64,000 bases of DNA from Klebsormidium nitens (taxonomy: Eukaryota; Plantae; Klebsormidiophyceae): NCBI GenBank assembly GCA_000708835.1, contig DF237174.1, positions 62,001 through 126,000 on the forward strand, in the 5' to 3' direction. Shown here one piece after another: positions 58,981-64,000 of this stretch. Each line of letters starts with the position of its first letter. Position 1 is the first letter of the stretch. The notes beneath the pieces are model-generated. The model saw only the letters and a program-made list of their open reading frames with translations, was not told where the DNA came from and did no database searches. The position numbers were made by a program, and so were the translations under genes.

Positions 58981-60237
58981 ATGGCGCCGCCTGAAGAAGC
59001 AAGTACCTGCTTCGATTCTCTTCTTCCTGAGATGCTGGTCTGCATTGTCAAGAAGGTGGTCAAAGACAGTCCTTCCTCCTTGGCACAAGTTGCACGAGTC
59101 AACAAGGCCTGCCAAGAGGCTGCGCAGCGGTGCAGCCGAGTTTTGATTCTTCGCGCAGTTACCAAAGAAAACAATGAGGGACCCTCTGCTTGCACTGCTC
59201 TCTCAAAAGCAATTAGCTTGCGGCCAGAGCTTTCCACATTGATAATAGAGAGAGGAGCACACACCTCCCTTTGGCCTCCCTTGGAGGACGTCAAATGGGC
59301 TAGAGGGGAAGTGTTGGGAGTAGAAGATCTGGACAAGGCTCTTCAGCTCTTCTCCTCGTCGGTCCTCTCTTTGAGAAGATTGCATTTAGAACTGGGAGTT
59401 TCAGAAGCGTCCAATGACTCGTCCTCCAACTCGTCTGAGGACGAGTCAAAGGTATGGTACTTTGAAGAAGACATCCACTCTATTGTCAACGCTCTTCCTC
59501 AGCTAGAAAGTCTCTGTTTGGGACTAGCAGAAGAGACTTTCCTGATGGGCTCTAAAGAAGGGTTGGAGGTGGTCCAGAATAGCCTTGCGAGGTTGGAACT
59601 CTCAGACTTCGCAGTGGTTTGGGCCTGGTCGGAACCTTTCAGAAGACTGCCAACTTTTCTCACAGCCCTCACCTCCCTGTCCTATCGGTGCCACACCGCG
59701 CCGATCCCTTTCACTCCTCGGCCAAACTTCCCATTGTTGCAAGACCTAAGAGTGGAAGTGCTGACACGTCAACTTACAGTGCCCCGAACTATGCTTCGGC
59801 GCATGGTGGCCCAGTGTCCGCGTCTGCGGCAGTTGACGGTCTATGTCACACCAGACGACTTTGACGACTACACACCCGCCGACCCGGAGGCTATTGAACT
59901 TCCAAATTTTGCACAATTGTGTCCAAGCTTGGAGTGCGTTGCTATAAGCCACACTGAGGTGCTGTTAGAGTATCAAATCGACGTCCTCGTGTCCACAAAC
60001 AGCCACTTGACTCACGATCCATTTGAGCGTCGGTCAAAGATTCTTGTTGACAAACAGACGAGTATAACGCAGCGACACATTGGGACAAATGTTTGCTCCA
60101 TCAATATGTTCCGGATAGCCGTTGCTCATTCGGCACCGATTATCGAATTGGATCAACCAAGCATTTCTGAAAGATTGTTAGGAGAGGCTGCCACTGTTGA
60201 AAGGTGGTGTCAAGCGTTCCGTAAGGTTAGTGTTTGA
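58981..60237 (+). CDS. Intronless F-box-like protein with LRR-like C-terminal region
   Basis: 418-aa ORF; N-terminal FDSLLPEMLVCIVKKV..LAQVARVNKACQEAA resembles an F-box; recurring LxxLxL segments (LRRLHLEL, LPQLESLCL, LTALTSLSY, FPLLQDLRV, CPRLRQLTV, CPSLECVAI). Confidence 0.7.
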   Translation: MAPPEEASTCFDSLLPEMLVCIVKKVVKDSPSSLAQVARVNKACQEAAQRCSRVLILRAVTKENNEGPSACTALSKAISLRPELSTLIIERGAHTSLWPPLEDVKWARGEVLGVEDLDKALQLFSSSVLSLRRLHLELGVSEASNDSSSNSSEDESKVWYFEEDIHSIVNALPQLESLCLGLAEETFLMGSKEGLEVVQNSLARLELSDFAVVWAWSEPFRRLPTFLTALTSLSYRCHTAPIPFTPRPNFPLLQDLRVEVLTRQLTVPRTMLRRMVAQCPRLRQLTVYVTPDDFDDYTPADPEAIELPNFAQLCPSLECVAISHTEVLLEYQIDVLVSTNSHLTHDPFERRSKILVDKQTSITQRHIGTNVCSINMFRIAVAHSAPIIELDQPSISERLLGEAATVERWCQAFRKVSV

Positions 60238-61320
60238 GAACAATGAGCGCAGATTATCTGTTCGATGAGTTGACAGCCAATCAATGAGTTGACAGCCGAT
60301 CCTCTTTCAGGGCCACTATTGTTCACAATTGGTCCGAAAGAGGAAAGTTAAGTAATATAAGTGCGTATAGATTGAAACGATCAGTGGACTTACAAGCTTC
60401 TTTCCAGATCACATGCATGGCCGTAATTGTCAATGTTGGTCTAGCTATGCAAGTCTTGTGGTCAGATCTATAGTCGTCGACATTGATGCCATGACAAGAG
60501 AGTTGCGGGAAGACTGGTTCACCAACCATGAAGGGATCCAACTTAAGAAGGCCATGACAAAGCTTCACATTTGCAGACAAACTAAACTTACACTACAATA
60601 GGTCGGAAGCTTTGCCAGACGTCAACCCTGGTTGAAGCGCACTGGCGGCTAGGCTTCCGTCGAAGTTGCATGGCGGCATGTTCAAACATCGCAGACCTCG
60701 CACCATATGCAGCTAGGCTTCTGCCCGACGAACGACACACATGTGCAGATTTGCATGAGCAGTGATTGACTAATAAATAGTACATGCTCGAAAAGAATCA
60801 TGCATTCACATGGCGCACGGCGCCAGGCTGCTATAGCTGTCCCAACTCCTTTCTTATTTGTCGCCTTCTTCTTTAATTATATCCCTCTCGACATCCAGGT
60901 TGCCACGGTCACGTAGGTCGGATATATGTTTGCCAGATATTGCGGGATCGCATTTTCTGATTTGGATTCCAAGATAAACCCTATTAAGATTGGTCGATAG
61001 ATCAGATGTATTAGTCCTGCACTTAGTTACTGCTGTGATCTCAGTAAGGTTGCTTTTGTGCTATTAGCCGAAAGCTGTATCCCACCAACCCCGACTCTTC
61101 TCAATTCCAAAGCGGGATACCAACTCAAAGCCTCTCGCTGCACAACCCCGACTCGTCTTCAGTTCTGCCGTGATTACTATTCCGGATTAACACTTCAATG
61201 TGGCCCATATGGGACTTTGATTTAGTAGACTCAAAACCCTGGAAAGACAATGCAAAGAAGCAGCGGGGGCTTCACTCCTTAATGAGCACCGGTTATGTCA
61301 ACAAAAACTGTGCGAGCGCC

Positions 61321-63939
61321 CTACCCTAGAAGCGTGCTGGCAGGCGCTGTCGCGCGCTTTCGAGTCCTCTCCTCTTCCACAAGGTCGACCTGCAGACACG
61401 TGGCGCTCAAATAGTGGACCGACTTGAAAGACTTCGGTTGACATCACATCATTCTGAATCTGATTAATGATTGCATGGAAAGTAATTGTATGGAAATGCA
61501 TGTAAACATAATTGTTCATATATAGAAACGCAAACGGTGGTCCTCGCGTATTTCGACGCCGCTGCATTTACTGCCACAATGGATGTCAATTGTCAATGCA
61601 GAGTGCTGCATAACAACAGATTTGCTCAACTCTACCGAGACGCGTTCATTCTGCAGCTCGGCTTGCGGAACGTCCAGTTTGAGCTGTACTCATGGGAAAG
61701 ATAAACTGTTTGCCTATGATCCCCCAAGAACCTCATCACAGAATTAGGATCAAGGGCTCGAAAGAAGAGCCAAAAAAGCTTGAGGCAAACCCGGGCCCGT
61801 TGGATAAGGTCAACATGTTGCAGCGCCAGTCTGCGATGCATTCAGTGCGAATTCTGCGGGTTTCGACGATACACGAAACTCCGTGCCTTTTCAGAACGTA
61901 TCGAACACTCCGTCGAAAAAATTACGTTGTCCCTGCGCTTAAGAGGCCCGAGAAAGCTCACCCGTTTTGACCAGTCGGTGCAAGCGACGGCGACGGAGAG
62001 GATGAGCGTCTGGCTCACTGTGGCCAGAATAAATCCCCCAAATAGACCCTGCATATTGGGCACAACTGTCAGAAAACGATTCTTTCTCATTCCAGTGAGA
62101 AGCGAAAAATGTCATGCCTGCTTGGCATTAGGGCGCAAAATTCCCTTATCGTCCCCGCTTCCCTTTGCAGGTACACATTGTTCCTGTACATTCGAGTATT
62201 TGCCTCGAAAGTTTCCGACCGGAGCTTCCAGCTACTTTTTGGGAGGTCATTTACCTTTGAGGAAAACATTTTCAACTCGTCCCCTTTGAGTAAACATTCC
62301 TTTCTCGTCCGCCGTGACACAAGGCCGCCATCGAAACGAACCACCAGAATTCTTCCAGCATAGTGTGTTCGAAGACCACTCCCTACCGAATTTGACTCTT
62401 CCCGAAGAGTATGCGAGAGAACGGAGGCATTGATTTCGTAGGTGTGGCTCATTCGCAGCGTCAATTTCAGGCGTAGGAAATGGGGGCTTATTCACACTCA
62501 CCCAGGCGCCCCACTTCCAGACGAGCCCCATGATTACAGAGGCCGGGACGCCGACGAGGTAATAGCTTATGAGGGCGACGACCGTGCCCACCATCTGACG
62601 TCCGCACCCGCGGAGAATAGCTGCAGGAACAGAAAAGGACATCCAATGTCAAATGCAGATTGAAAACCTGACTGGGCGCTAACGGCCCGTCCGCGAGTGG
62701 CTGTGCTTATGGTCCTTCAACGTTCTGCTGGATTGTATAAAGCGTTTGTGATTGAAAAGCATCCAGAGATCATTGCTGAGTCAGGTACACGAAGCAACGT
62801 CAGCCTCCTTTGCTAGTCACCGGAAAAAGTCGAGCTCAAACGGAAAGGTTCGAATGACAGAAGGATGACGACTGAGGCACGACGTTTCTTATCCTCATAC
62901 GAAGGCGTCGCCACTCGTTCTAGAGGTGCGTTCGCGAAGCAGCAGTGGCGCTATCGGAGTCGCCGCGAATCTGATCTTTTGGCCGATTAAAGCGACCAGC
63001 ACCGCTGGTTATCCTCTTTCAGGTCGCCAGAATAAAGATTGGTTCACGATGCCCGCTACGATATGCACGAGGCCTCAAAGCTGGCTCGCAGTCTACCTTC
63101 TCGTCCCTTCCTCCTTTTGACCTCGAAACAGTTTCCTTGAAAATCATACCTGGGAAAGGATGACGTCAGCAGGCGCAAGCATGGAACGGGGAGTATGCGG
63201 CCTCACCTCCGCAGTTGTTCTGGAACGCATCGGTTATGGCCATGAAGCTCGCGATGACCATAAGCGATGACGACAGCGCCAGCACCTCGTGTTCCCGCTT
63301 GTTCACAAACAGGAGCGGCCACTGCTTATGGACGATAAGCGAGAAGGTCATCGTGCATAAGCCGAACGCAAGCGCGAGCGACTGCCCTATAAGAGCGGCC
63401 TTGCGCGCGCCACGCGCGGAGCCGCGACCCAACTCTGTAGCAACGCACGTACTGCAGAGGCGAGGAGTCCAGACAGTAATTGTGAGGTGCTGATCTTGGT
63501 TGCGTTGAACAAGGGCAAGCGTTGTTTATCTTGCTGCAGAACGTTCTGCGTCCAGTGGGGGAGAGGATTCGTACTTCAATGGGGTTCTCGGTATGTTTTG
63601 TATGCTGATACGTACTGCGAAAAGTGCAGCGACGAAATTAGCAACCTGAGTTTGGGTTATGAGCTGTCAACAATGCTCGTGAAATACTCGGAGGAAAATC
63701 TGAAGGACGAGAAGGCCGTCTGCATGACCCTGCGCAGGCGCACCAGAAGAGCGCAACGCTGCGCTAAGGGACTAGCGAGAGCCTTCTCGCTTTCTAGAAA
63801 AGGGGATCCGACCGTTGCAAGGAAATGGACAATGTTCAAGTTAGTTTTTGGGGTTTGAGCATGACGAGATCCCGACACTTGCCTTGTTGCGGCTCCAAGC
63901 CCAATGTACCCGGTGGCAAACAGCCAGGCCGTGTTCAAC
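61321..63939 (-). CDS. MATE (DTX) efflux transporter, 3' part (5' exons lie beyond the window)
   Basis: Exons 63939-63883 (GC donor, AAG|GCAAGT), 63451-63207, 62620-62502, 62048-61962 and a tentative last exon 61389-61321. Motifs LNTAWLF..GLGAATSTCVATELGRG..ARKA, DAFQ..GAILRGCGRQ..YYLVGVP, GLFGG..QTLIL..TDWSK. Confidence 0.88.
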
Positions 63940-64000
63940 CTGCGGCGGAACGAACGGAAAGTGAGCGGAATCGAACGGGGCTAGCTGGATGGAAAGGGGA

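Noticed and set aside
63600-63660. Possible acceptor echo (acgtactgc) in a MATE intron
   Set aside because: Only about 9 nt of identity; not distinguishable from chance by eye.

Overview
Eukaryotic, intron-rich nuclear DNA with mostly GT-AG introns of about 0.2-1.4 kb and a plant-type gene set (DEG5, OBGC2, ALMT, an At2g21960-like chloroplast protein). A streptophyte green alga such as Klebsormidium is plausible, but that is inference only. Genes in order: UNR/CSDE1-like multi-cold-shock-domain protein (-, ends unresolved), OBGC2-type Obg GTPase (+), a tandem pair of DUF4419 genes (+, second copy with an in-frame TAA), a 1-kb TA-flanked TIR element, At2g21960/VIR3-family HEAAH membrane protein (-), Deg5 protease (+), ankyrin-repeat protein (+), ALMT channel (-), MEMO1 (+), a tandem pair of intronless Cys-rich membrane proteins I cannot assign (+, first copy frameshifted before its C-terminal TM helix), importin beta-1 (-), an intronless F-box-like protein (+) and the 3' part of a MATE transporter (-). 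The most striking unexplained structure is 'exon-terminus echo arrays'. In at least three unrelated genes (At2g21960-like, ALMT, MEMO1), introns contain tandem, progressively decayed copies of the neighbouring exon's first or last ~40-60 nt together with its splice acceptor or donor. Many copies keep AG/GT, and several would give premature stops if used. Shorter echoes occur in the importin, CSD and DUF4419 genes. All exon coordinates were assembled by hand from splice signals and homology remembered from known proteins; no searches were run.
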